Below are positions 31,046 to 40,363 of a stretch of DNA of 64,000 bases, piece after piece. The translations under genes were made by a program, and so were the position numbers. This stretch comes from an uncultured Actinomycetes bacterium (GTDB taxonomy: Bacteria > Actinomycetota > Thermoleophilia > RBG-16-64-13), in contig CAWJDT010000001.1 of the NCBI GenBank assembly GCA_963841735.1, positions 704,001-768,000 of the forward strand. The letters are read 5' to 3'. Within the stretch, counting starts at the first letter, position 1, and every line of letters begins with the position of its first letter. The notes beneath the pieces were generated by a model. It saw nothing but the letters and a program-made list of their open reading frames with translations, ran no database searches and was not told the origin of the DNA.

Positions 31046-32443
31046 TCACCCTTTTTCCAGGTTCGCGAGTTTATGCTGCGCCTCCGTGAGGGCCAGTTGC
31101 CACTGCAGCAGGGCCAGTTCGGCGGCGCGACTCTCGGTGGCCGCCAGGCTGCGCAGGCCCGAGACTTGGTCGAGCATCTTACCCGACTGCTCCAGCCCGG
31201 ACGTCACCGTCTCGGGCAACTTGCTCAGGTTCTGGGCCAGGCCGGCGGCGCCGGAGGTTCTCTCGGTGGAATACGAGGCCAGACCACCCAGGTCGGAGAA
31301 GGTGATGTCGTCGACCTTCTTGCCGAACAGCGAGCTGTGCAGGCGGATGGCCTGGAACCGGCAGTCCTTGTCCATGATCAGGTGTGGTTTTGACTCCACC
31401 GGCCGGGCCTTCATGTCTGTTTTGGCGCCCACCCTCTCGTATATCGTGAGCTGGGTGTGTCTGGGGATGCGCAGGACCACGCGATTGGGTCTTTGCCCCG
31501 GCAGGTGGCCCGGGTTACCGCCTGAGCCTTCCTTGGCCTGACTGTCTTTGCGACCTACTTGCACGGCGATTCCCAGCTTGTCCCAAACCTGTTCTTGAGC
31601 GGCTCTGGCAGGGGCGGCGGGGTCGAAAGTGATGTTGCCGCTATCGTCCACAGAGCAGCCTTTGCCCAGGTCGTCCAGGCTCATAACGTACTCGTACTGT
31701 TCGCCACGGGTGGAGATCTTGCCCGCCCTCCATTTGTCGTAGCGGCTATTCAAGCGGTCTAACTCGGCTTGGGCGACGGCCAGGGCCTTCTCTAGGGCAC
31801 TGAGGCGGGAAAGGCTGTCGAGGTCGCTGCCGGTGGCGAGTTTGGCGGCTTCTTCCGCGAGAGCCCGCTCCAAGGCGGTCACGGTGTCCCGACAGGTCTC
31901 CAGGAGCTCGGCTTGGTCGGGCTGGTGCTCCTGGTATTCCTGCCAGGGGTCCTTAGGCTCCGCGGTCTTTATGCCCATGTCTAGGGCGAGTAGGTCCAGG
32001 TCGAGATCGCCGACAAGGCCCTCCACCCCGCCGTTTGCCATGACCGACGCGAGGCCGCCCGCGGCAGTCGCGACGCCAGGGGCGCGGAGGCCTATCGCGG
32101 TGCCGGCCACCGTGGCTACCGCACTGGCCACTCCCAGCAGGACCGGGCCCGCCTGCCCCGTGGAGCTGAAGCCGGCGGTGGTCAGACGGAGGTCGTCGGT
32201 CACGGCTACCGAGATCTTGGTGTCGCACAGCCGCATCGGCTGAACATCCAGCTTCAGCAGGGGCTCGTCGGCGGCCATGACCTCCAGTGTGGCCGTGGCT
32301 TTGGCCGATTCCTTGGGCTGGTGCGGGTCGGCGGCGAACTCATCGGTGGTGAAGGTGACGTCCCCCTTGAAGCGGACGCACGAGACCGGCAGATGGTATT
32401 CGAGTGTGCAACGGCGGCGTCTCCAAAGGCGGCTGGTGGCCAT
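31046..32443 (-). CDS. Hypothetical protein with hydrophobic segment and coiled coils
   Basis: Long uninterrupted ORF, GGGGAGG RBS before MATSRL; ends 3 bp before the nuclease-like gene. Confidence 0.65.
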   Translation of the reverse strand: MATSRLWRRRRCTLEYHLPVSCVRFKGDVTFTTDEFAADPHQPKESAKATATLEVMAADEPLLKLDVQPMRLCDTKISVAVTDDLRLTTAGFSSTGQAGPVLLGVASAVATVAGTAIGLRAPGVATAAGGLASVMANGGVEGLVGDLDLDLLALDMGIKTAEPKDPWQEYQEHQPDQAELLETCRDTVTALERALAEEAAKLATGSDLDSLSRLSALEKALAVAQAELDRLNSRYDKWRAGKISTRGEQYEYVMSLDDLGKGCSVDDSGNITFDPAAPARAAQEQVWDKLGIAVQVGRKDSQAKEGSGGNPGHLPGQRPNRVVLRIPRHTQLTIYERVGAKTDMKARPVESKPHLIMDKDCRFQAIRLHSSLFGKKVDDITFSDLGGLASYSTERTSGAAGLAQNLSKLPETVTSGLEQSGKMLDQVSGLRSLAATESRAAELALLQWQLALTEAQHKLANLEKG

Positions 32444-32570
32444 GCTTACCTCCCCAAGGGCACGGACGTGATGGCGCCCGCCATAACAGAAGCTCGGGGA
32501 GCCTCTGCGGGCCGGGGCGGGCATACCGGCACTCCCGATTATGGGCCGTCGGGACGATTAGTCAACATCC

Positions 32571-32604
32571 TGCCAATGTGGCGGCGCGACCGCGCCGCGA
32601 GGCA
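32571..32604 (-). promoter_or_regulatory. Putative SECIS element for the FmdB-type gene
   Basis: Minus strand GCGGCGC-GGTC-GCGCCGC with lower stem TGCC/GGCA; loop 19 nt after UGA; no U-tract. Confidence 0.65.
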
Positions 32605-32817
32605 TCAGCCTCAGCCGAAGGGCCGGGAGCTTCCGCAACTGCCGCTGGCCCACTTGGGGTCGAGCAGCGCCCCGTTGCGCAGGTAGCTGGTGAACGTCTG
32701 ACGGACCAGCGCCGAGCCGCACTTGGGGCAGTCGGTCGAGTCGTCTTTGAGCGAGCCGGGGGTGGTCACCTCGTACTCGTGCTTGCACTCTCTGCAGACT
32801 ATGTCGCGCCGGGGCAT
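32605..32817 (-). CDS. FmdB-family zinc-ribbon protein, probable C-terminal selenocysteine (PFG-U-G)
   Basis: MPRRDIVCRECKHEYE...CPKCGS; ends GSCGSSRPFG TGA GGC TGA. Confidence 0.7.
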
Positions 32818-33014
32818 CAGTGCACCAGCGCTTCTTCTTTGACATGGGTGAACGCGCGGCAACTCTGGGTGCAGGCGCCGCACTCGGTGCACAGGTCCTG
32901 GTCGATGCGGGGCGCCGAGTGGCTGTTGTCCTGAACGATGGCTCCCACGGGGCAAGTGCGCACGGAGGGGCACGGATGGTTCTGCGGACAGGCGTAGGGA
33001 TTGACGACGATCAT
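32817..33014 (-). CDS. Small 4Fe-4S ferredoxin
   Basis: CPQNHPCPSVRTCPVGAI...CTECGACTQSC. Confidence 0.88.
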   Translation of the reverse strand: MIVVNPYACPQNHPCPSVRTCPVGAIVQDNSHSAPRIDQDLCTECGACTQSCRAFTHVKEEALVH

Positions 33015-33331
33015 TTCTCGAGTACCTCCACTTTCTGGGTCAACTGGCGAGCGAGGATCTCATCGAGGAGCTCGCAGGCCTGAGAGAGACGAGGATCGAC
33101 GATCGCCCACAGCACCCGTCCATCCTCACGCGAGCGCTTCACCAGGCCCTCTCGCTGAAGCAGGGCCAAGTGCTGAGAGACGTTGGGTCGGCTGACCTCC
33201 AGGGCCAGTGCCAGCTCGCTGGGTGTGCGGGCCCCCTTACACAGCAGATGCATGAGCTCGTGTCGCGTAGGGTTGGAGAGAGCTGCGAACACGGCCGCAT
33301 GCAGGGCGTAGCGTTGTCGTTCCTCGTTCAT
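33011..33331 (-). CDS. ArsR/SmtB family transcriptional regulator
   Basis: VFAALSNPTR..L, VSRPNVSQHLALL..GLV. Confidence 0.9.
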   Translation of the reverse strand: MNEERQRYALHAAVFAALSNPTRHELMHLLCKGARTPSELALALEVSRPNVSQHLALLQREGLVKRSREDGRVLWAIVDPRLSQACELLDEILARQLTQKVEVLEK

Positions 33332-33338
33332 GCCAAGC

Positions 33339-33368
33339 ATTATTGCACAGTTTCGCAATTATGCAACA
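33339..33368 (-). promoter_or_regulatory. Promoter/operator of the ArsR operon (probably leaderless)
   Basis: TTGCA-N14-TGCAA inverted repeat overlapping TTGCAT-N16-AATAAT, 7 nt before the ATG. Confidence 0.5.
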
Positions 33369-33558
33369 AGGGGTGGGGTTCTCTCGGCGTCCGCCAGACT
33401 CCATCGAAAGGTTGATGTCGCTGCACGGTTCCACGTACTAGTGTTCGACGGTCGGTAGACGGATGAGCCACTGTCTCGTTGCGCGTCGCCTATACTTGTC
33501 TTCAGAAGGGAATAAGATGTCAGGTTAAATCGTGAAGTCTCATTTCCTGAGGCCAGGG

Positions 33559-33789
33559 ATGGCGACCATGTATCTAACGGCTATTGTGGAAGAAGAAGGC
33601 GACGGGTTCGTGGCTCTCTGCCCCGAGCTCGACGTGGCCAGCCAAGGGGCGACCGTTGAGGAGGCTGCCGAGAATCTTCGGGAGGCTGTCGAGCTATTCC
33701 TGGAGTGCGCCGATCCGTCAGAAGTCAGTTGTCGCCTGAAGACTCGTATCTTTGTGACCCACTTCGAGGCCAACGTTGGGGCGGCTTAG
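33559..33789 (+). CDS. hicB: HicB family antitoxin
   Basis: FVALCPELDVASQGATVEEAAENLREAVELF. Confidence 0.88.
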   Translation: MATMYLTAIVEEEGDGFVALCPELDVASQGATVEEAAENLREAVELFLECADPSEVSCRLKTRIFVTHFEANVGAA

Positions 33790-33997
33790 GGCCCTCTCTG
33801 GGGCCGACGTTTGTCGCATCCTCCGCGAACACGGCTTCGCTCAGATCAGGCAGAGGGGGAGTCACGTCGTGATGCAGCGTCGCCTACAAGGCTCTGTGGT
33901 GACCGTGCCTGTGCACACTCACGCTGAGCTCAAGACGGGGACGCTGGTCTCGATCATCCGCCAGTCGGGTCTTCCGCGTTCCGTGTTCGAGGAGTAG
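33776..33997 (+). CDS. hicA: HicA family toxin
   Basis: GFAQIRQRGSHVVM..TVPVH..ELKTGTL.SIIRQSGL. Confidence 0.88.
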   Translation: MGRLRALSGADVCRILREHGFAQIRQRGSHVVMQRRLQGSVVTVPVHTHAELKTGTLVSIIRQSGLPRSVFEE

Positions 33998-34019
33998 ATC
34001 GGCCCATCTCGTCGGTTTC

Positions 34020-34481
34020 CTACGACTGCAGTGGGCAGCCCTCCGCGAGTTCCTCGGCGGAGGCGGCTCGCACTTCCACGATCTCGACCTCGAAGTGGAG
34101 CCTCTTGCCGGCCAAGGGGTGGTTGCCGCTGACCATGATGCCGTCGTCGTTGATCTCGAGGATGGTCAGTTGCACGGGGCCGTTGGGCGTGTCGGCCATG
34201 ACTACCATGCCGGCCGTGAGTTCGACGCCTTCGGGTACCGTGTCGTGGGAAAGGGTGATGATGGCATCCGGATCGTCTTCGCCGTAGGCTTCGGCAGGCT
34301 CGACCACGACCGAGTGGCGCTCGCCGGGCTTGGCGCCCTCCAGGCCTTTTTCCAAGCCGGGGATGATGTTGCCGTAGCCGTGCAGGTACACGAGGGGCTC
34401 TTGCGAGCTGTCGATCAGTTCGTCGTCATCGTCCTTGAGCGTGTAGTTCATGGCGACCACCGCGCCGTGAGTGACTTCCAT
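34020..34481 (-). CDS. slyD: FKBP-type peptidyl-prolyl isomerase (SlyD-like, no His tail)
   Basis: YLHGYGNIIPGLE, EPAEAYGE, NHPLAGKRLHF. Confidence 0.85.
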   Translation of the reverse strand: MEVTHGAVVAMNYTLKDDDDELIDSSQEPLVYLHGYGNIIPGLEKGLEGAKPGERHSVVVEPAEAYGEDDPDAIITLSHDTVPEGVELTAGMVVMADTPNGPVQLTILEINDDGIMVSGNHPLAGKRLHFEVEIVEVRAASAEELAEGCPLQS

Positions 34482-34652
34482 TCGAACGTTCCCTTCTGTG
34501 GGGTCGGCAGTTGTGAGCAGGCAGTCTACATGGCTGGGCCGCACTCTGCGATGTGGCGTGACGACGGAGCGCGCTAGACCGGCGGCCCGGTTTCGCATGG
34601 GCGCTTTCAAGGTATATACGGCCATGGTCTTCCGATAGAACGGGGCCGGCTC

Positions 34653-36335
34653 ATGGGCAAGGGTGTGCAGTTTTCTGTGGGCATGCGTCTGGGTGACATC
34701 CTGGTGGATCGAGGGGTGATCACCGAGGAGCAGCTAGCTCAGGCCGTGCGCTACCAGAGTGATACTGGAGCGCGGTTGGGTGAGGCCCTCAGTCAACTGG
34801 GCCTCATCACTCCTGTCGAGTTGCACGAAGCGCTGGCTTGGCAGAGTTCCTACGGTGTTTCGGGGTTTGGTGAGCTGCTGCCGCATCCGCAGGCGTCCAG
34901 GTTGCTCACCGAGAAATTCTGTCGTGCGCGCGGAGTGCTGCCTGTGAACTTTGACGGAGAGAAGGTCCTGATTCTGGCCATGGTCGATCCGGCGGACGTA
35001 CTCACCGTCGACGACGTGCGTTTGATCACGGGCTTGGAGGTTAGGGCCGTGGTCACCACTCCTGCCGCCATCCGGGAGGCCTGGGAAGCGGTGTTCAGCG
35101 GGAGGGGTCGTCTCGAAGTCGGCGCCGTCCCGGTACAGACGGTCGAGCCTGAAGAGCGGAAGGCGGCGGAACACGACGCTGTGATCTCCGTGGTGGACGA
35201 TGTCATTCTCACCGCGATGCGCCGGAAGGCTTCCGACATCCACTTTGAGCCGCAGGAAGACGGCATGGTGGTCCGGCTGAGGGTCGATGGCATTCTCTAT
35301 GGCCTTAGCACCATCAGCAAGGAACTTAGGCAGGGCGTAGTCTCGCGCATCAAGATCCTGGGTGACATGAATATCGCCGACAAGCGGCTTCCGCAGGACG
35401 GGCGGGCCACCTTCCGGACAGATGAGGGATCCATAGACCTGCGTATCGCCACAATTCCTACCGTCCATGGCGAGAACGTGACCGTCCGCCTGCTCGATGA
35501 CCGAGGCGCTGTGGTCACGCTGGAACAATTGGGCATGGGGGAGCGCGAGCTGGCCCTTTTCCGCCAAGCGATCAAACGTCCGTGGGGCGAGGTGCTTGTG
35601 ACCGGTCCGACAGGCTCGGGCAAGTCCACCACCTTGTATGCGGGGCTAGAGGAGATCAACAACCCCAAGGTGAAGATCTACACAGTGGAAGACCCGGTGG
35701 AGCGCCGCATAGCCGGGGTGATGCAGTCTCAGGCCCGGGCGAACATCGGGCTGACCTTCGCCTCTCTGCTGCGGGCGCTAGTGCGTAGCGACCCCGACAT
35801 CATCATGGTCGGGGAGATCCGGGACCATGAGACCGCCATGATAGCCACTGAGGCCTCGCTCACCGGCCATCTGGTGCTCTCTACCTTGCATACCAATGAT
35901 GCTCCGACGGCCATAACCCGTCTGGTGGAAATGGGGATGCCGGCGTATTTGATCGCCTCGGCGCTGGAGTTGGTGGTGGCGCAAAGGCTGGCACGCCGTC
36001 TGTGCGCCCGTTGCAAGGAGACGGTGACTCTCACCGAGGCTGGGATGACCGAAGAGGAGAAGCACTTCTTGGGCGCGGGCATCGGTACGGCGCAGATCGC
36101 CCGGCCCGTGGGGTGTGGCCGCTGCTACAACACAGGGTACAGTGGGCGAGTGGGGCTCTTCGAAGTGCTGCCGGTGACCCGGGATATCCGGCGTCTGATC
36201 TTGGACGACGCTTCGGTCGACCAGATACGCGAGCGAGCAGCGGCTGAAGGCATACGGGGGCTGCGCGAAGACGGACGCCTGAAGGTCCTGGCCGGGCTCA
36301 CCAGCATCGCCGAGGTGCTCCGGGTGACGATGTAG
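34653..36335 (+). CDS. GspE/PilB family pilus/secretion ATPase
   Basis: N-terminal RLGDILV..G.IT..QL..A (MshEN-like), ASDIHFEP, GPTGSGKSTT, DPDIIMVGEIRD, TLHTN, CxxC motifs. Confidence 0.92.
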   Translation: MGKGVQFSVGMRLGDILVDRGVITEEQLAQAVRYQSDTGARLGEALSQLGLITPVELHEALAWQSSYGVSGFGELLPHPQASRLLTEKFCRARGVLPVNFDGEKVLILAMVDPADVLTVDDVRLITGLEVRAVVTTPAAIREAWEAVFSGRGRLEVGAVPVQTVEPEERKAAEHDAVISVVDDVILTAMRRKASDIHFEPQEDGMVVRLRVDGILYGLSTISKELRQGVVSRIKILGDMNIADKRLPQDGRATFRTDEGSIDLRIATIPTVHGENVTVRLLDDRGAVVTLEQLGMGERELALFRQAIKRPWGEVLVTGPTGSGKSTTLYAGLEEINNPKVKIYTVEDPVERRIAGVMQSQARANIGLTFASLLRALVRSDPDIIMVGEIRDHETAMIATEASLTGHLVLSTLHTNDAPTAITRLVEMGMPAYLIASALELVVAQRLARRLCARCKETVTLTEAGMTEEEKHFLGAGIGTAQIARPVGCGRCYNTGYSGRVGLFEVLPVTRDIRRLILDDASVDQIRERAAAEGIRGLREDGRLKVLAGLTSIAEVLRVTM

Positions 36336-36389
36336 GCCGGCGCGGGTGCCGTCGGGCGCCGTGACCACCTCGGTCGGCGCGGGCTCTTC

Positions 36390-38104
36390 TCAGCCGGCCA
36401 GCAACTTCCTACCCTGCCGCCTCAACGCCTCCAGCAGCCGGTCCAGGTGTTCGGGGGTGGTGAGCGGGTTGATGATGGTCACGCGCAGCGCGCCCACGCC
36501 CTGGTGCTTCGAGGGCACGATGTAGAACTCGCCCGATTCGATGAGGCGGCGGCGCAGCTCCAGTTGAAAGTCGCCGAGGCGCTCTGCCGGGGCGTCGCGC
36601 AGCTCGGCCGGGAGGTGGCGGAACACCACGATGTTGCACTCGGGCTCATGGAGCGGGACGAAGTCCTCGGCCTCCGACAGCTTCTCGTAGAAGGTGCGGC
36701 CCAGGGCGAAGGTGACGTCTACCATGTCGGCGAAGAGCTGTCGGCCGAACAGTGACCACACCCCCCATAGCCCGAAGGCCGCGGCCCGCTTGGTGCATTC
36801 CACGGTGCGCACGCCGCTATCGTATTCGGCCAGGCCGGGAGCGGCCGGATCGAAGAGGTAGGGCGCGTCTTGACGGAAGGCGTCGAAGCCATGGGCCTTG
36901 TCACGGTAGAGCACGAAGGCGCAGAGGGCCGGTACGAAGAGCATCTTGTGGGCGTCCCAGACGACGCTGTCGGCCAGTTCCAGGCCCGGCCAGCAGGTGG
37001 CGGTGCCGGTCGCTTAGCAGGGCCGCGCCCCCGTGGGCGGCGTCGACGTGCAGCCAGACTCCGTGGCGGCGACAGACGGCGGCGATGTCGACCAGCGGGT
37101 CGAAGGCCCCAGTGGGCGTGGCGCAGGCGCAGGCGACAACGGCCACGATGGGGCTGTTCTGGGCGCGGAGGCGGGTGAGCTCGGCGTCGAGCTGCTGGGG
37201 GTCCATGCGGCCCCGGTCGTCGAGGCCGACGCGGACGATCTGGCGCGAACCGAGGCCGAGGATGCCGGCGGCCCGGGCCACGCTGTAGTGGGCATCGGCG
37301 TGAGCGAGCATGACCGGGGGCGCGGTGGCGGCGCCCAGGCGCGACTCGCGGTGGTATAGCCCCCGCTCGGGTCTGGGTGGCGCAGCCTCGTGGGTGAGAG
37401 CCGACAGTTGGGCGGGCTCGGGGCTGTTAGATGCCGGTGCGGCGGGGCCCCGCTCGGGTCTGGGTGGCGCAGCCTGGTGTGCCAGTTTGTCTAGTCCCTC
37501 GCGGTGGAGCCCGTCCCAGGCGAGTCCGTGATCCCACGAGTCGCTCAGGGCGACGTTGCGGGCCGTGAGTAGGGCCGTGAGATTCGCCGAGAGATCCGCC
37601 GTGCGTGATGGCTCCGGCGAAGGTGTCGGGCGCCCAGCCGACGGCCTGGCCGACTTCGGCGACCAGGGCTCGTTCAACGGCGGTGGCCCAGGGGCCCATT
37701 TCGTAGATGGCCATGCACTGGTTGGTGACCGAGCCGACGGCGTCGAAGAGGCCGGCCAGTGGCACCGGTGCGGGGACTTGGTGGCCGATGTAGCGCGGAT
37801 CGTGGAGATTCAGGCCCCGGTCGAGCATTATCTGGACGAGGCGGGAGAAGTCCTCGGCAGTCGTGGAGCCGGAGGTGCTGCCGTTCTGGCTGGGGTCCGA
37901 ACCCTGAAGAATCGCGGCGGCGTCGCGGATCGCCTCGGGCGGGTCAACCCACGGCAAGACCGGCCCCTCCGAACGTTGGACTCGGGTCAGGTGCGCGGCC
38001 AATAGGTCGGCCAGGCGGTGCCCGGCGTCTTCAAGGAGGCGGGGGTCGTACGCGGCGGCGATGCGCTCCCGGGCTGCGGTGAGATCGTCTTGGTGTGCTG
38101 ACAT
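36390..38104 (-). CDS. Group II PLP-dependent amino-acid decarboxylase, frameshifted, with loop insertion
   Basis: PRYIGHQV, THGGS, AHYSVARAA, WLHVDAAHGG, WDAHKML, NIVVFR. Confidence 0.85.
37361..37475. repeat. 28-bp direct repeat inside the decarboxylase insertion
   Basis: CCCCGCTCGGGTCTGGGTGGCGCAGCCT at 37361-37388 and 37448-37475 (AAPPRPERG twice). Confidence 0.85.
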
Positions 38105-38411
38105 AGTGCGACGCCTCTTTGGTGGTGATTTGGTACGGGTATTGTCCGCCGACTGCTCGTTGGGCGCAATGGGGAAGGCTCAGTGTCGCAACGCCTGAAA
38201 TGCGCGACTCTCTTGCCGTCTTAGACCCACGCTACTCACCCCCGCGCCGGTATGCCGAGCTCTTGACTATTAGTAACTGCGTAGTATGGTGGGGTTATGA
38301 ATGGGCCCCGCGGTTCGCGGAGACTTATGCAGGCTCATGAGGATCAGCAAGGATCACAAGGCTCGCCGGACGGTCGTCAGCCGGCGCATCGATAATCGGA
38401 GGCCAAACTGA

Positions 38412-38843
38412 ATGATAGACATGCCGTCAACACCACTTCAGAGTGAGGTTTCGCCGTACCTGTCCGGCGGCGCGGAGGCCCCGGAGGTCGTGGGGGCCTC
38501 GCTGCGCAAGTTCCAAAAGGAGCTGAGCTCGGGCATCGTGTCGCTCGCGCTGCTGGCGCTCCTCGCGCAGGCCGACCAACCGCTGTACGGCTACCAGATC
38601 GCCAAGGAGCTCGAGGGATTCGGCGAGGGATTGCCGGTGAAACAAGGGACCCTGTACCCGGTTCTGCGATCGCTTGAGGCCGGCGGGTTGCTTTCGAGCG
38701 AGGTGGAACCTTCGGTGGCGGGACCTCCCCGCCGCTACTACCGGGTGACCGAGGAGGGCAAGCAGGCGATGGGTCTGTGGCAGGGATCGTGGAAAAGGAC
38801 TCGCGAATTCGTGGACGCTGTTCTGGGGGGGACCATGCCATGA
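38412..38843 (+). CDS. PadR family transcriptional regulator
   Basis: YGYQIAK, QGTLYPVLRSLE..GLL, PRRYYRVT..G. Confidence 0.9.
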   Translation: MIDMPSTPLQSEVSPYLSGGAEAPEVVGASLRKFQKELSSGIVSLALLALLAQADQPLYGYQIAKELEGFGEGLPVKQGTLYPVLRSLEAGGLLSSEVEPSVAGPPRRYYRVTEEGKQAMGLWQGSWKRTREFVDAVLGGTMP

Positions 38844-40021
38844 GGAAGGCATTAATCCTGGGTTCCGTGGTGGTGTTCGCCCTTGCGCTGCTGCTGGTCG
38901 CCTGCACCGGCGCTGAGACCACCACGACCACCACGACCACTGTGACCGTGCTGACCACCACCACAGTGGACTCGGTCGTCACGACGGCGGCCGCGACCAC
39001 GACTTCCACATATCCGGAGGGGACCTGGACCCTCACCTTCAACATGCCGCTCCCCGCTGCCGACAGGATCGCCATCGTGAGCGAGATGTGGCAGAGTGAG
39101 GTCTCTGCGCGGACACACGGAGCCGTTAGATTCGAGTATCTCTCGGGCGCCTCGCTTACGGCCGCCGACAAGGTCTATGACGGAGTGGTGGCTGGTGACT
39201 CGGACCTGGGCTTCTTCGCCCTGGCCGATACTCCGGGGGGCTTTCCGGTGATGGAGTTCGTGGACATGCCCAACGGGTATCCCTCTGGGTATGTCGCGAC
39301 CAGGGTTGCAAGTGACTTCTACAGGCGCTTTGTGCCGGCCGAACTCGACAAAGTGCATGTACTCGCCGTGTCTGCGACCGGCCCCCAGGTGTTGCTCACG
39401 GCCGAGAAGCCCGTGCGGACTCTCGCAGACGCCGAAGGGGTTGTGCTGGGAGGGGACGGAGTGGGCGCCGCCGCGGCCGCTCTTCTGGGGGCGGAAGTCC
39501 ACTCCGCGACTCCGAATGAAGTCTTTGGCTTGATGTCTGAGGGGATCATCGCCGGGACCATCGCATCGCGCCAGGTCCTTCTAGGCCGGAAACAGGCGGA
39601 GTTGGTCGGGTATGTCACGGAGTGCTCGTCGGTCGGTTCCACCCGCACGATGTGCCTGGCTATGAGCAAAGGCAAGTGGGACGGACTTCCGGTGGATATC
39701 CGGCAAGTGTTGACCGATGTCAGTCGGGAGTATTTGGACTACTGGGCGAAGGTGGCTTCGGCCAACGACTATGACGCCGTGGCTTTCTTCCGAGCGCAGC
39801 CGGGTGGCGAGGTGATTGCCATCGATGCGAGTGAGGCCGCTCTCTGGAAGATCGCCGTGCGGCCCATGATCGATGAAAAGCTGGCGGCTATTCACGACTC
39901 CGCCAACGGCTACGAGGCGTTTCTGCTCGATCGGCTGGACTTCTGGACAACGAACGGGCTCTCTGGCCAAGAATGCTCCGTGTGGGTGGCGGACAACATC
40001 GTTGTGCCGGCGGTACCCTAG
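38840..40021 (+). CDS. TRAP transporter substrate-binding lipoprotein (DctP-like)
   Basis: Lipobox LVAC, Thr-rich linker, VYDGVVAG.SDLG, PVRTLAD, AMSKGKWDGLP. Confidence 0.8.
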   Translation: MRKALILGSVVVFALALLLVACTGAETTTTTTTTVTVLTTTTVDSVVTTAAATTTSTYPEGTWTLTFNMPLPAADRIAIVSEMWQSEVSARTHGAVRFEYLSGASLTAADKVYDGVVAGDSDLGFFALADTPGGFPVMEFVDMPNGYPSGYVATRVASDFYRRFVPAELDKVHVLAVSATGPQVLLTAEKPVRTLADAEGVVLGGDGVGAAAAALLGAEVHSATPNEVFGLMSEGIIAGTIASRQVLLGRKQAELVGYVTECSSVGSTRTMCLAMSKGKWDGLPVDIRQVLTDVSREYLDYWAKVASANDYDAVAFFRAQPGGEVIAIDASEAALWKIAVRPMIDEKLAAIHDSANGYEAFLLDRLDFWTTNGLSGQECSVWVADNIVVPAVP

Positions 40022-40107
40022 GACGTGCGGCGCGACGCCGGCGGTCGCAAAACGTCCGTCTGCCAGTGGTATCGTACCGGGGCATGTGAAGCGCGGGATA
40101 GGAGGAC

Positions 40108-40296
40108 ATGGTGCCCCTCATCGTCGTCAAGATGCTGGAAGGTCGCAGTGTCGAACAAAAGCGCCGGCTGGTGCGTGAACTCACCACGGTGGTGACGAAG
40201 TACACCGGCGCCCCCGAAGAGCAGGTAGACGTGATCATCGAGGACTACCCAAAGGAGAACTGGGCCAAAGCCGGCGTTCTCTTTTACGACAAGTAG
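40108..40296 (+). CDS. 4-oxalocrotonate tautomerase family protein
   Basis: PLIVVKMLEGRSVEQKRRLV...ENWAKAG. Confidence 0.88.
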   Translation: MVPLIVVKMLEGRSVEQKRRLVRELTTVVTKYTGAPEEQVDVIIEDYPKENWAKAGVLFYDK

Positions 40297-40363
40297 TGGC
40301 CGCGGCAGTGGAGTCGGTAGCGGCATCGCTCGGACCTAGGGCCCGCGGGGTAGGGGCGCGGCT

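Noticed and set aside
25335-33997. Integron cassette array or prophage
   Set aside because: Mixed orientations, no repeated attC-like sites, no integrase or virion genes
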